NCBI GenBank assembly: GCA_012295275.1
Contig: CM022667.1
Location: 10,354,001 to 10,418,000, forward strand
Reading direction: 5' to 3'
DNA from: Chrysomallon squamiferum
Taxonomy: Eukaryota; Animalia; Mollusca
DNA length: 64,000 nucleotides
This document shows positions 1 to 49,986 of the stretch, piece by piece (position 1 is the stretch's first letter; the number at the start of each line of letters is the position of its first letter). Position numbers and translations under genes: made by a program. Below the pieces are notes generated by a model. The model was given only the letters and a program-made list of their open reading frames with translations. It had not been told where the DNA came from and made no database searches.

Positions 1-164
1 AATCACACATAAAAAGTTAAAAAAAAGAGACACCAAAACCAATGTATAATATCAACTGCTTTCCAAAAAAACAGGGAACCCTTCATCAGGAAAGTTAAAA
101 AGGAATTAAAAATTAATTTATTTAATTTTTTTTTTTTTTTTTTAAATCCTGTCAATGTGTCTAC

Positions 165-36448
<36,284 letters not shown>

Positions 36449-36565
36449 TTTGTAATAATAAAAAAATGTATCAGTAATTTCTATCCAAAAGGGGAACGAA
36501 CGCTCGTTCCCTCACGAGCCGGACAAAAAAAAAAGCCTAACTGTTGAGGGTGTATCCTCCATTCA

Positions 36566-36599
36566 GCGCCATCTTTTCACTTCTGTCGTGTGACGTCAC
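36566..36599 (-). promoter_or_regulatory. CARMIL core promoter: YY1-type AAGATGGCG and palindromic CRE GTGACGTCAC
   Basis: gcgccatctt at 36566-36575 and TGACGTCA at 36591-36598, in a CpG-rich patch 120-150 nt upstream of the ATG. Confidence 0.6.
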
Positions 36600-36816
36600 T
36601 GCCTGTAATCCCGTCACGATGGTGTTTCCCCTTTCTTCTGTATTAATACAGCAACAGTGCACGATTCGCCGCCTGTCATTTATAAAAAATAGTTATTCCG
36701 GTTACTTTTAAAAGCTTAATGTAGAAAATAAACCTATTTCTTGTGAGATGATTCGCTTTTCTTTTGTTTTCAATTAATCAATTTATTTAGTTGTTTTTAT
36801 TATTAATTCTTTTTTG

Positions 36817-37069
36817 GTATAAGTATTCACGTTTAAAACAGATTCGTTATCGTTATTCCCTTTTCTTTTCACTTTTTCATTTTATTTTATTTTATTTGTT
36901 TTAAATTGATTCAGTGGTATTGTTTTCATTCTGTATAAGTATTTCAGTTTAAACAGATTCGTCATCGTTATTCCTTTTTCTTTTCACTATTTCATTTTAT
37001 TTTATTTTTATTTGTTTTAAATTGATTCAGTGGTATTGTTTTCATTCTGTATAAGAATTTCAGTTTAAA
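36817..37069. repeat. 116-bp tandem duplication (about 2.2 copies) upstream of the CARMIL promoter
   Basis: Units start at 36817, 36933 and 37049 (gtataag...ttcattct). Confidence 0.9.
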
Positions 37070-37332
37070 TAGTAAGACTAGTTACACTATAAATAAACTC
37101 ACAAAAATGTTATGGATGGGTGGATGGAATGAAAGAAAAGATGTAATCGGATCTAATAATAGGTTAACGACTTTGTACCCGGAACTAAAAGATAACTTGG
37201 TTTGATGAACGTTTTATCTGACGATATAAAAGAAGATAATTTTAGAATTAGTATTATAAATAAATGAATTAATAAATAAATAAATAAACAGTGCGCACCA
37301 GTTTAATTATTGGTAGCAAAGGCATTGTTTTG

Positions 37333-37638
<306 letters not shown>

Positions 37639-38436
37639 TGTACAAAAAGAAATATAACACTAATGAAATTATACAAGAATCAAAGAGATATTAACAAGAA
37701 ACCAAATTTCGAAATTTTCAGTATTTTATTATTATTTTTTTTAAAACTAATTTACATGCAAAACAATTACCAATGATTACATTATTCTTCATTTATTTAT
37801 AAATGTGTTTGTTAATAAGTATTTAATAAGTAATTAATGTTTAATGAGAAATAAACTATATAATTAGTGATTATGCTAAAAATAAAAAGGATAATTATGA
37901 CGATATAATAATAATAATGGAAATGATTGTGATGATGAAAGGGTGGTGATGAATATGATAAAAAAAAAAATGTAATAAAACATGTTGTTTCAAATCTGAC
38001 ATCCTTAAGACCTATATATTATTTCTGCAAAAATGATATCAATATATTTTAATAATTTTGTGAAATTCTGATTATATTATCGTTATACAGTGAGAGAAAA
38101 TTGTGAATATATATTCAAGGATACCGAAAGGCGAGGTACAACAATAACGTTTATAAATAAATGTATAGTAAGAAGAAAAAAAAATAATAATAATAAAAGG
38201 CCAAAAAGAAATAATAATGATGATCAAAAAATGAAAACGTGTTTCTTAAAATATTTACAACAAAATCAATAACGCTAGCAGATAAATTAGGTCTTTTTAC
38301 GAATGATCAACATTCAAAAGTTAAAAAAGAAATCTACTTCTTTCACTTTCATGGGTAAAAAATCAGCAGTACATATTAAAACGTATAGATTATTTCCCTT
38401 GATAGTTGTTTCCCTTTAAGTTATTTCCCTCGATTA

Positions 38437-39041
38437 TTACCACAGAAGTATGGGCTTGCCGTCCTGGCGCGATAATAAAAGGAGGCATTCAAGAAGTATA
38501 AGCATATTGGCCCTCTCTTCGTCATCGCAGGTTATTTTTGTTACCAGCTGACGCAGTGTTTCTTCATCGTTCATCCCAAACGCGTCCATTGTGTTCTTGT
38601 TCGGTATGGTTCCGAGTAGCCCATATTTGTTGATTATTTTTTGAGCGATTTGGCCATGTTTCTCCATGTCGTAGCCAAGTTGTCCAAGATTCGTAATGAT
38701 ACGATCTAGGCGGCAGCGAATCTGGCATTCGCGTACCGGATCGACTTTACCGCCCTCGGCTTCCGCTTCCTTGGCAATCATGGCCGGGATGTTGCTGACC
38801 GTGTAGCCATAGAAACGCCTGCGATTGCGCTGCGTCCCGACCAGTTTAGTTTTGTCTCCGCAGAAGACGTAATCGAGGATGCGGCGCTCCAGCTGAAATG
38901 CGATTTCTCCCAGAATCCTGTAGGACTGTGGGTAGGACTCTTCGTCGTCTGTGGCGGGGATGTCCTCTACATTGTGAGGCGTCGACGATCGACTTGCGGA
39001 ACCTACCTGGCCTAGCTGCTCCGAGCAAGACGAACTGAATG
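38437..39041 (-). CDS. SPATC1L: Terminal exon with the speriolin C-terminal domain
   Basis: Within ORF 38437-39057; GEIAFQL(D/E)RRIL and DGKPxxxW-stop are family hallmarks. Confidence 0.9.
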
Positions 39042-39371
39042 CTGAGAACAGAAGCAAAGGACTGAATAAATGAACGGATGTTTCTGGTGGCTGCTTAGCG
39101 TCTAATAACGGTTAAACAACAATAACAACAACACACAAATACACGACACACGCACGGACACACAAAAACAGGTGCAAATACAAAATTAAATCATAAATAA
39201 ATAAATAAAATAAATAAAAACAATGAAAATCCTTGAAACAGTGGTAAGCATTACACAATTACGTTCTTCTTCCATTCTCTGTTTTCCTGGCTTTCTATAG
39301 TCTCAGTCGTATAATATTATTACTATTACTTTTACTCTTGCTTATTTATTTTCTTTTATTTTACACTGTAG

Positions 39372-39443
<72 letters not shown>

Positions 39444-40261
39444 GTAATAGTAATAATAATAATTATTATTACTATTATTATTATAATAATATTTATTACT
39501 ACAAATAAACGGGAAAACAAATTTTATTTGACAGTTGAAAATCTCTCAAGCAAGATATATTAAGAATTAATATATCTTGAAATAAAGGATAAACATTATT
39601 TGTTCATTATATTTTTTGCTTCAGCATAGGTAATTTGACTAAAATGGAGGAATTTACAATACTCACTGGTTTCAGATGGACGAAGTGTTGTCGTAATTCC
39701 CACGTAATGATCTGAGGTCAGGGTAAACGGATTATCCACCTGTCTTGGAGATTTCATTGACTGATCAGCTCCTGCTGATTGTGATCGATAATCTTTAACT
39801 AAATAAACCAAATGTTTATTACCATCAGTGTTCATTGTTTCCAACACTTGTATATGGTTAGTGATATAACGATAAACTGGGCGAATACCGTGAATGACAT
39901 TCAAGTGTTAACCAGGTATTTATTAGATTTCTAACTAAGATGCAGTACAAACTGTATCTATTCTACAGCGAATCTGACACAGTAATACTAGTATAAGGAA
40001 AGACTGCAATCGAGTCTTATATCTTATATAAATGTGTATGAGATTTTTAGTTGACTAGCAAGTTAATAACTTTTTTCAGAGAGACATCATCTGTTTGTAG
40101 TAAAAAAGTGTTAAAAACCAAGGTGGGCATAACTACAATCAACGCAGGTCAAAAATTAATTCAGTAGCTGATAGTCCTTGTCGTAAATAACGCCAAAAAG
40201 ACCAATTACAACATATATTTTTGCCTACCCAGTGACAGCGGGAACCTTACTTTATTCTATT

Positions 40262-40296
<35 letters not shown>

Positions 40297-42303
40297 TTCG
40301 TTAATATAATATCGTCTATGACAGAGAAAACGGAGATAACAAGTACGTCAAGCTGAAAACGGCCAACAACAAGATTGTCGTATTATTAATTTATTATCCC
40401 CATTGTTGAAGCTGCTATTTATTTTGGTAAGAATTTTTCGTATTAAATTTTTGTAAAATAAAACAGTTGATTATACTTACAGTTTCGTTTTGGAGACTGC
40501 GATTCTGCAGGCGATGCATGCCGGTACGCAACCTCTTTCTCGTGTGCGCTGTGTAATGAGGCTGAAAATAAAAATACAAACAATATGATTATCTTGCATA
40601 TTAACACATGGTTATTTTATCCGTTGCTAATAATAAAGTAGTAGTTTAAAAAAAATAAATAAATAAATAAAACAAACGTAAAGGTTCATGGATGCCCAAG
40701 TTTGCTATTTTCTTGTGATGCCAGGACACCTTTGGTTTTACAAATAATTATTTTCATTCTATCTGTTTCTCTTTCTAAATCTCTTTCCATGTCACACACA
40801 CACGCACACACACGTGTGTGTAACTGAGGTAGAGTTCCTAAAACTGTATGCATGTATGAATGTATGTATGTATGTATGTGTATATGTATGTGTATGTATG
40901 TATGTATGAAAACAATTAAATATACCATATTTTTTTTAATGGATGGGTTGCAAGACAGTTTGTAAGTACGTAACAAATACATATTTACGTCAACAGAACC
41001 TTTAAAGTTCGATAACTCACGGGAGACAGATCTGGACGTCCTCTCGGAGACTGTCGACATTGTCGACATTCCGGAATAATTCTCGCGCAGTTCGGGCGAA
41101 ACAGACCGAGATGATCTGTCCCTGGACGTCTTTTTGATGAAATGGTCACTCTTTCTAGCTGGCGAGCGAGATGACCTCGCGGGACTCGACGAACGAATGT
41201 ACTCCGTTACAGAAACCGATTCTTTGCCAGGTGGTGGCAAATGGCCGCCATGACCCTTGCACCGCTGCTCACAGGCTGAAAAGTAAAAAGTTTTATTTAT
41301 TATTATTATTAGTAGTAGTAGTAGTAGTAGTACACGCTGTATGAACGAATACTTAAACAGTGACATACTCCAAGAGAGCAGAGGTTGTCTCCCTTCCAAT
41401 GATTGCAAATTTACTGCACTAACATTGTTTAGGCAAAACGGGTTTTCATATAAAGAAAAACAATTTCGTATAATAATTGTTTGCACATATCGGAAAAAAA
41501 TAAAGTGAATGCTCCAGCCAGTGGTATGTAATTAAAACGGGCGAATGCATTACTTATTTTAAACCATAAAAACGTTCATCATCATCAGATGAAAAATAAT
41601 AAAAATCAAAGATGATGATGTTAGAAATAAATAAACATATTACTTTTATTTTAAAGATGTGTAGTGGTGGATTTTTCCCGACTTGAAAACAAGATAAACT
41701 GGTTTGTTTATTTTTTTGTATATTACTGTACCTAAATACGTAAATTGTTTTCTGTAAATATCTGTATTCATTTTTTTAAATTTTAATTAATAAAATAATA
41801 AATCTGTAAGAATACTACGTACACGGCGTCGATCTAGCTATGGGTTCACCATAAAGACGATGACCAGATTTTGGCGACTTAGGCAAGGAGTCACGAAATT
41901 CTTCAGGCGGAGGTGGTGGCCGCATTTTAGGCTCATCCTTACCATCCATCCATTCCGGCTCGTGCATGCTCCTCGGAATAAATCCCGAACTCCTGGTGTC
42001 GAGCATGATCTTGGGATCTGCATTAAATGCTGTGTTTGTTGTCGTCGTTACTGTTTTTCTCGACGTTGACGGCGACCGTGATTTTGACTGGTTGTAACTG
42101 TCGAGGTGTAAAACAGGAATTTGCACTGATTTGTCCTCGAAAACTGGAGTTGTCACTCTTTGATTCTGATTTGATGCCTGTTGCATAGGAGAGTAGTTTG
42201 TTTTTCTCTCGTATCTCATGTATGTCGTGGTAGTTGTACCTTCATTCGCGGCTTCGTTTGAAAGAGAAGAGACCACTTCTTTAAAGTTGTCATATTCTGC
42301 AAA

Positions 42304-42340
<37 letters not shown>

Positions 42341-42627
42341 TATAAATAAGTAATCGCTGTATCGTTATTTATTTATTTATTATTACCTGACACTTTTTCT
42401 TTCGGTCTTATATCTGTTAGTCCAATAATGGACGCTATGAGACAGCCGGTTTGCGCGTCAGTATTCTCTTGCAGCACGCGTAGGCAATTTTTCAAAATGG
42501 CGTTTTCTTCTTTTAAAATTTTGCTTTGTTGCATACATTCTAAAACTCTCAAATTGTTGGGCGAGGATTGTAAATCTGCAGTTTCTAGAGTTTCAAAAGT
42601 TTCGCAAATATCGTCGAGTGACATCAT
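38437..42627 (-). CDS. SPATC1L: Speriolin-like protein (SPATC1/SPATC1L family), 6 coding exons, about 600 aa
   Basis: Exons 42387-42627, 41823-42296, 41000-41275, 40481-40561, 39667-39792, 38437-39041, all introns phase 1. N-terminal coiled coil LKEENAILKNCLRVLQEN; C-terminal speriolin domain RILGEIAFQLERRILDYVF...RRFYGYTVSNIP...INKYGLL...LLECLLLLSRQDGKPILLW-stop. Confidence 0.85.
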
Positions 42628-42667
42628 GTCCTTATTCCTGGCTGCATGAGGACAGAATTTTCAACAC

Positions 42668-42675
42668 TGACGTCA
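42668..42675. promoter_or_regulatory. Perfect CRE (TGACGTCA) about 40 nt upstream of the speriolin-like ATG
   Basis: Sequence cacTGACGTCAtcg in a CpG-rich patch. Confidence 0.45.
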
Positions 42676-42859
42676 TCGCTTTGTTCCTTTCGCCGACTTA
42701 CGGAAGAATTCGGAACCGTTTGTTACTTTTCCGATTTTAGGTGCATATAAGTGTAGTGTGGCCTTAATTTGTGTGTGTGTGAAGTTAGACAAATATCAGA
42801 CTATTAAAAGAAAATAATAATCACAAAATATTTTAAAAAGCATTTCTTTCGGGTTCTTA

Positions 42860-42901
<42 letters not shown>

Positions 42902-43490
42902 TATTTTTTAGATTAATGGTTCATTTTTGCGTTCTACGTTCTAAATGTGGCAACAAAATTTGTATGCAAGTCAGTAGTGTATGTGTTGTTATTGTTATTA
43001 TTGTGATTATTATTATTATTATTTTATCTTTTTGTGTAAAATAAGTAAGTGATGTTTAACACAATGGTCAAAATTAAATATATAAATGAATGAATGAATA
43101 ACTAAATAAATAAATATATAAAAAGTAATAAACAAATTAACAATAACGATAATGAATTGTATGTCTGTATATATATTTAGGAATGAATATTCTGCTTTCT
43201 CGTAAACTTTTGGTAAGATTTTACACAGAGACGATGTTCGGGAACACGCTGATTCCTGAGGACAAAGTCCAGTCACGACGTCCCCCAGTATCGATGACGA
43301 GACTCGAACACGACTATGATACGCCTCTGCTGCGTAGGAGGAAAGCGATGCCACTCGACTCCGAGAACTGATGAGTAGCCAATGGTAATCATCTCCTCGC
43401 GACCTGTGATTCACGCCGTTCTGTTGTCGTTTATCATTTCTGTTATAACCAGAAATCACAAAGAGTAAGGAAAGAGAGGTCTCAGTTTTA

Positions 43491-43843
43491 CACGCTATTT
43501 GATATCGTTATCTTTGCACGCTATTTGATGTCGTGATCTATGCTTGCTATTTGATGTCGTGATCTTAGCTTGCTGTTTGAGATCGTTATCTTTGCACGCT
43601 ATTTGAGATCGTGAACTTTGCACGCTATTTGAGATCGTTATCTGCACGCTGTTTGAGATCGTTAACTTTGCACGCTATTTGAGATCGTGATCTTAGCTTG
43701 CTATTTGAGATAGTTATCTGCACGCTGTTTGAGATCGTTATTTTTGCACGCTATTTGATGTCGTGATCTTTGCACGCTATTTGATGTCGTGAACTTTGCA
43801 CGCTATTTGAGACTGATCTTTGCACGCTATTTGAGATCGTCAC
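43491..43843. repeat. 26-bp (some 24-bp) minisatellite, about 14 copies, between the divergent genes
   Basis: Consensus cacgctatttgagatcgtgatctttg, head-to-tail, no spacers. Confidence 0.95.
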
Positions 43844-44269
43844 ATTTGCTTCAAAACTTAGCAGCAAGCATGATTAAGTGTGTTTGAATAAACAACAATA
43901 ACAACAACAACAACAACAATAATAATAATTAATATTATTATTGTTGTTGGTGTTGTCGATATTACGTCTTAAATACAATAAATATTTAATGAATGTTGAG
44001 TAACATTAAATTACACATTGACTTAAAATGTGCCTATTTGTGTCCGAATAAATACAACATTTGGCTTAAGTACAGTTTGTATATCTATGATTGTGTTATC
44101 TCTAAAAGAAGATCCTGGATTCTTTTCTAAAATGCGATAATTTAAGTCTAGAAATATTTACAGAATGCCATTTTCGTTTAATTCATATGTCGAAAATTAA
44201 TTAAATATCAAGAAATAACCCAAAAGTAAAAGAAAATAAATGAAACAATGAAAAATGATTCATGTACAA

Positions 44270-44412
44270 TACCGTGTTTTGGCGCTTGTTAAAATGATAG
44301 GTGCATTAACAAAACGGAGGAAAAACAATACGTAAACAATATTATTGCAGACTTGGCAAATCTGCTTTTTCGAAGTTGTATTTAACGCACGAGCGCGTCA
44401 GAGTAGGTATGT
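44270..44412 (+). promoter_or_regulatory. Probable promoter and non-coding first exon of the plus-strand gene
   Basis: CpG-rich patch ending in tag|gtatgt donor at 44406/44407; the first coding exon is preceded by an acceptor (ttttttcag ending at 45341). Confidence 0.4.
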
Positions 44413-44612
44413 ATTGACAGATGTTTATGATTTTGAGTAATATCTCCAAAATCAATCGTTATTATTCCAGAAAAGCGTGTTTTACAATAAGCAAAGGCTT
44501 AGTTTAAAGATACTGATTATTATTAACTTATAACTTATCAGCCAAAAGCTAAATTAAAAAAAAACACAACGTTTCATGTCTCGACTTGATAGCTGTTGTT
44601 ATAAAAATTACA

Positions 44613-44688
<76 letters not shown>

Positions 44689-44850
44689 GTGCATACATAC
44701 ATACATACATAAAACAATTAAAATTTAAAGCAGCAGATATGTTAATATTTATAAATATTTATATATATAACTGGGATTATTATAAAAGTTATATCTTTTA
44801 TAATTATGGCACCAGGCATTTCGATAAAAAAAAAAAAAAAAAAATTAATA

Positions 44851-44896
<46 letters not shown>

Positions 44897-45347
44897 TATT
44901 TATTTTTTATTTTTTTTATTTTTTTATTTTACTTTACTTCATTATATAAACTTAATTATAATTATTTACTTAACTGCCATTTAAAACATTCCTAACTATT
45001 CTGTTGTTATTTTTTTAAGGGGCAAGCTTGTCCAGAAGTGCAACAAATCCCCAAACAACTAATTGTGTTGTTGGTTAAAACATACAAATACATAAAAAAT
45101 TATAAGAGTAACTCGTTATCAAATTGAACAAAATATATTTCTAAAACAGTGCTGCTAATATTAACTGCATTATATATATATTTATTGTTGTGATGTTTAG
45201 AATGATGTCAAATATTTATTGACTGAATTATTAATTATTCTGTAAATTGTATTAAAACAATATATTCATTGTTTGTTGTTGGGGTTTTGGGGGTTATTTT
45301 TATTATTATTATAATTATTTTATTTATTTTTATTTTTTCAGTAAACA

Positions 45348-46351
45348 ATGTCCACCATGACATCTGTAGGTGTAGGCATGATTGGCCGAGCTCCAAAGGT
45401 GTCTGGATTAAAGAAACCCCGCCCTCTTCGGAGACAGATATCATCCACTGATCAACAACCAGGTTTAATGTTAAAGAGAATCTTGAATAATTTGAATAAT
45501 TTTTCAAACTTTTTTTAATACTTTCAAACTTTTTTTAATACTTTCAAATTACTGTTTTATCTATTTCTTTGTAAAGTGTAACTATACTTGTGTGAGCTAA
45601 GAAAACCATCTAAATAATTTTGTTTTTTGTTTTAAATATTTCAAAATAATCATTAATTAGAAAATGTAGATACCAGTCTTTGTTAATAACAGTGGCATAT
45701 GCTGATATATTTGTGCTGGATTTTTGCTGAAGTTATTTGAAACATGGTTTCTGATGTTAGGTCAGGACAGCAATTTCAGTGCTTGCCATAGGTGCTATTT
45801 TCTGTAGATAGGCCCCTGGCTAATAATAATATTCTCTTCTGATAAAGAAGAAAAGCAGAAACAATGCTAAACATGAAGATGATATTAATTTATATATAAT
45901 TCTTTTTTGTTTTTAATTTATTTATTTTTTCAAATCAGTTAATTTTATATTTTTTAATTTTTTTATTTTATTTTACTTTATTTTTTTGACTATTATTATT
46001 ATTATTATTATTATTTTTAAGTTGTTTGTTTAAACATTATTTTATTAGATCTTAATATTCACACTTGGCAAAATACATCAAAATTTTAGTGAAATAGCAT
46101 TTATCAAAATAACGTTTGTATTTTTTTTTTCCCCTTTTTAACATCTTTAATTAATGGTTTTTTTTCTTCATTTTTCTTTTTAAGATATGAAGCCCTCACT
46201 TCACAGTGAGTCAGTCAGTGTGTCCAAGTCACTGGTGGAGAAGTTCAAAACACTCACTATAACAACAAAACAGATGGGTGATGATGATAGTGACATGTTG
46301 TCTGATGTATGGAATATGCAGTAAAATCTTTTAAACTGAAACAGAGAATCA

Positions 46352-46388
<37 letters not shown>

Positions 46389-48431
46389 TGTATGTACATG
46401 TAGACACAATATTCCCACACAGCACACACACACACAACATATGCATATACAACATACAAACAATACATACACACACTTAGATACTTTGAATGTTAATTGA
46501 TTAATGCAGTAGATATATAATGATTTAATTTAAAAAAAAAAAAGGTTGATAGGAATGTCACACATATTCACATTAATTCTGATATGTCAGATCATTTTTG
46601 TTTTACAGTTAATATCTTTGTATTTAAAAGGAACAAAAAAATTGTAAATTAGATTTTTCACAGTTGAATATAATATTGCTTAATTATTTTTTAGAATGAA
46701 GCTGAGGGCATAAACAATGAGACTGCAAAAGAAAACAACAACAGCATCTTAAAGCAGAGAACTTGCAATCCTTTTATTAGTGGACATCGATCATCAGTAG
46801 ATAGCATTATGTCCAGCTTGTCTGATTTTCAGACAAATCCTGAATTTGACAGGAACACAGGCAGAATTAATATGACAGAGACTGAAAACTTTCACAGTGG
46901 ATTTATTCCTAATCGTCAGCGTGTTTTCAGTCAGTCCTCAGATTCTGGTTGTGAAAATCTTGTTCCTTCTTTCAGCAGGCAGTCATCAGATTCAGGAGTT
47001 TCCTGTGATCAGCCCAGTTTTAATCACACAAGTTCACAAAATGCTGGAGAGTCTGTGTACAATACGAGAAATGGTGAAAACACTGGCTATGGCAATAGAA
47101 AAGAGAATAACAACCTCACAGAAGAGCTCAGATTAGAGGGAGGTAACTCTGTACGATCTAACTGTCACAAAGACTTTAGGGACATTGTTAATAAAGGACT
47201 TTCAGAAATCATTGATAAAGAAACGTCTTCGTTTTCTCTTCAAGAATTATCTTCGTACGACTGTAGAGAAAGTTCATCGTTGGATTATAACAAAAATTTG
47301 CAGTCTGCTGATCAAGAAGCCAGAGATAAAACTTCATCAGATATGAAAGGATTTAGTTCAAATAGAGAGCAGAATTCTAGTCAAATAGCAAAGAACATGT
47401 GGGCAAGTGCACAGCAGATGCACAAAGCAAGGATGGAAGATTTGCAAAACAAACTAGGACGAATAAAACAACCTGATCCTCAGTTACTGAAAAAGCAGAT
47501 ACAGCAGTCTAGAGAGGCCGTTCAAGATGTCTACAGTGAAAAAGAGAAATTAAGGTTTGCCATGAGCTTTTTTTGTATTAAATCTGGGCAAATTTAGACC
47601 TGTATAATGCTGAATGGTATTTCTGTAGCACTTAACAGTTTAAATTTAAATTGTAATGAACACTGCTGATTATTTCCTTGAAACTCAGGTTTGTGTAATT
47701 AATACAGTAATGATGTTGTATTTTCAAAAACATCTGAAAATATTTTAGATTTTTTTATTTTTGTATCCTGACATTTAGATAAAAGAAACAAATAATTATA
47801 CAATTTATTTTAGCCATTTTGGGAGTTCAGAGATAAAATTAGGAAGTAGCTAGTACACACTGTGCTAATTGTTAAAGAGTTTTTGTTTTAATTTTACAAC
47901 TTCTTAAAATTAATTTCATTATGAAAAATTATTTAATTTTTTTGTCAAAGATGAAATAATTGCTTTTAAGTATATTTAAAGTCGTACCTCATATTTTTGT
48001 AAAAGTATTAATGTTCCGTACTGATATGATATTTTATTATTATTATTTTTTATTATTATTTTGTTTTTATAAATAAGATAGTTTATCTGTATTAAGATAT
48101 ACTGCCACTTTTTATAAATGTTTTATTTTTTTGTAGCTCTTCCAATGAGGCAGATATCTGTCCATCCTATACTTGTATTATAAATATGGATGGCGAAAAA
48201 CTTGTCCTAGCTTCCAGATGTCTCAAAACTCTCATGGTATGCTTAATTTTCTTTTGTTGCTGAATTTGACTAAGTAGAATTTAGAAAAGACAACAATCAG
48301 TGTGATGTATGTAGATCTTACAAACACCCCCAACCCTCCAAAAATGTATATATACTCTAAGATATGCCTATCCATTGTGTTGTGGATTTCATTGTGAACT
48401 TAAATTGAAACTGTTAATAATCATTTTTGCC

Positions 48432-48469
<38 letters not shown>

Positions 48470-49594
48470 AAAGTACTCCTTAGATTAGGCCATATATTCT
48501 AAAAACCACTAAGTAAAAACTGTGGCTAAAACAAGCAACTAACTAAACAGTTTAAATCAATGAAGGCATCTTTAGATGGCAACTAAAAATACTATATATC
48601 CTTTATGACAGTATCCAGTTGCATAACAAATACTAGTAAAACATTTAAAATACATTATTTTAATGATCATTAAGCTAAATGTAACAGTTTCATGCCTCTG
48701 TTATTCCATCAGCATCATATTAAAAAAAGAATAAAAATGTTTATTTCAGAAAGCTGCCAATAAAATTTGTCAGATGAAGGACACTAATTTGTTAAAAGTG
48801 GAGAGTACAGACACTTCTGATATTCAGGTATTTATTACAAATATTACTTTATTTCCTTATCTATCTTTCATTTATTTATTTATTTTTTTACATTTATTGA
48901 TATTTTATTTTTAATTCTTTCTTAATCTTTCATTGTTTTTTAACTTCATTTTATTCCTTTTGGGGCCAAATTTTGGTGCAACACATACTTCCCAGTGCCA
49001 GATATTTGGGGCAAAATTACCTGTTTTTCCCCTACAGCAGATAAAACACACCAAAAATGATATAAGTATTGTTCTTACACAATGCCATTTTAATAAATTT
49101 TAGAAAATGCAAAATGCAATTTGATGGATAACTCTAACTTTTGTTTGTTTATTTTTTTTTTTTTTTTTTTTTTTTTTAAATATTGTAGTATTTACAGAAG
49201 TATAAAGTTCACTCAGAAGTGCAAGACACAGTTTATATTTTTCTTAATTCATATATTTATTGTATTCTATAATTGAAAATGTGAAAAATTAATTATTTTG
49301 TTATAACTGTATAAGTTAATTTTTGTTTTTGTTTGACAGCCTGGTGCTAGAAAAACTAAACTGTCCATTTCTAAACCAGAAGCTAAATACAGTCCTGTTA
49401 AAGGTTTCCTTTATTATTAATTTTTGTGTTCTTAATTGCTTCTTTCTTAATTTGTTTCCTTTTCATCTTTTCATTCTTTTTAACATTTTAGTTGTAGCTC
49501 TATTTTAAATTTGTTTCTTTATTAGAGATTTTAATGAAAACAAAATTAAAAAATATCTTATTAATTTTCTATAATTTCCCTTTATTTAAATATT

Positions 49595-49659
<65 letters not shown>

Positions 49660-49935
49660 GTCTGTCACTCATTTAGTTTTTCATACACTCTGTAACCAAC
49701 AAGCTTTCATTCTAAAGTTATTTAAGTTATATTAATATGAATTCCAGTGACACAACAACAGAACTTGGGCCAGGGTGATTGCTTTGGTCAGGGTTATAGG
49801 TTTTTTAATGAACAAATGTATACTTGGCACATGTTAGACAAGCAAGTTGAGACAAAGTCTTCAACCACAAATGAAGATAAATCTTACAAGTTGGAATCAA
49901 AATATGTCAGAGAAAGTAAGTACAGTGAAAAGAAG

Positions 49936-49986
<51 letters not shown>

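Noticed and set aside
43491-43843. CRISPR-like array
   Set aside because: Units are head-to-tail with no unique spacers, there are no cas genes, and the context is eukaryotic; it is a minisatellite.
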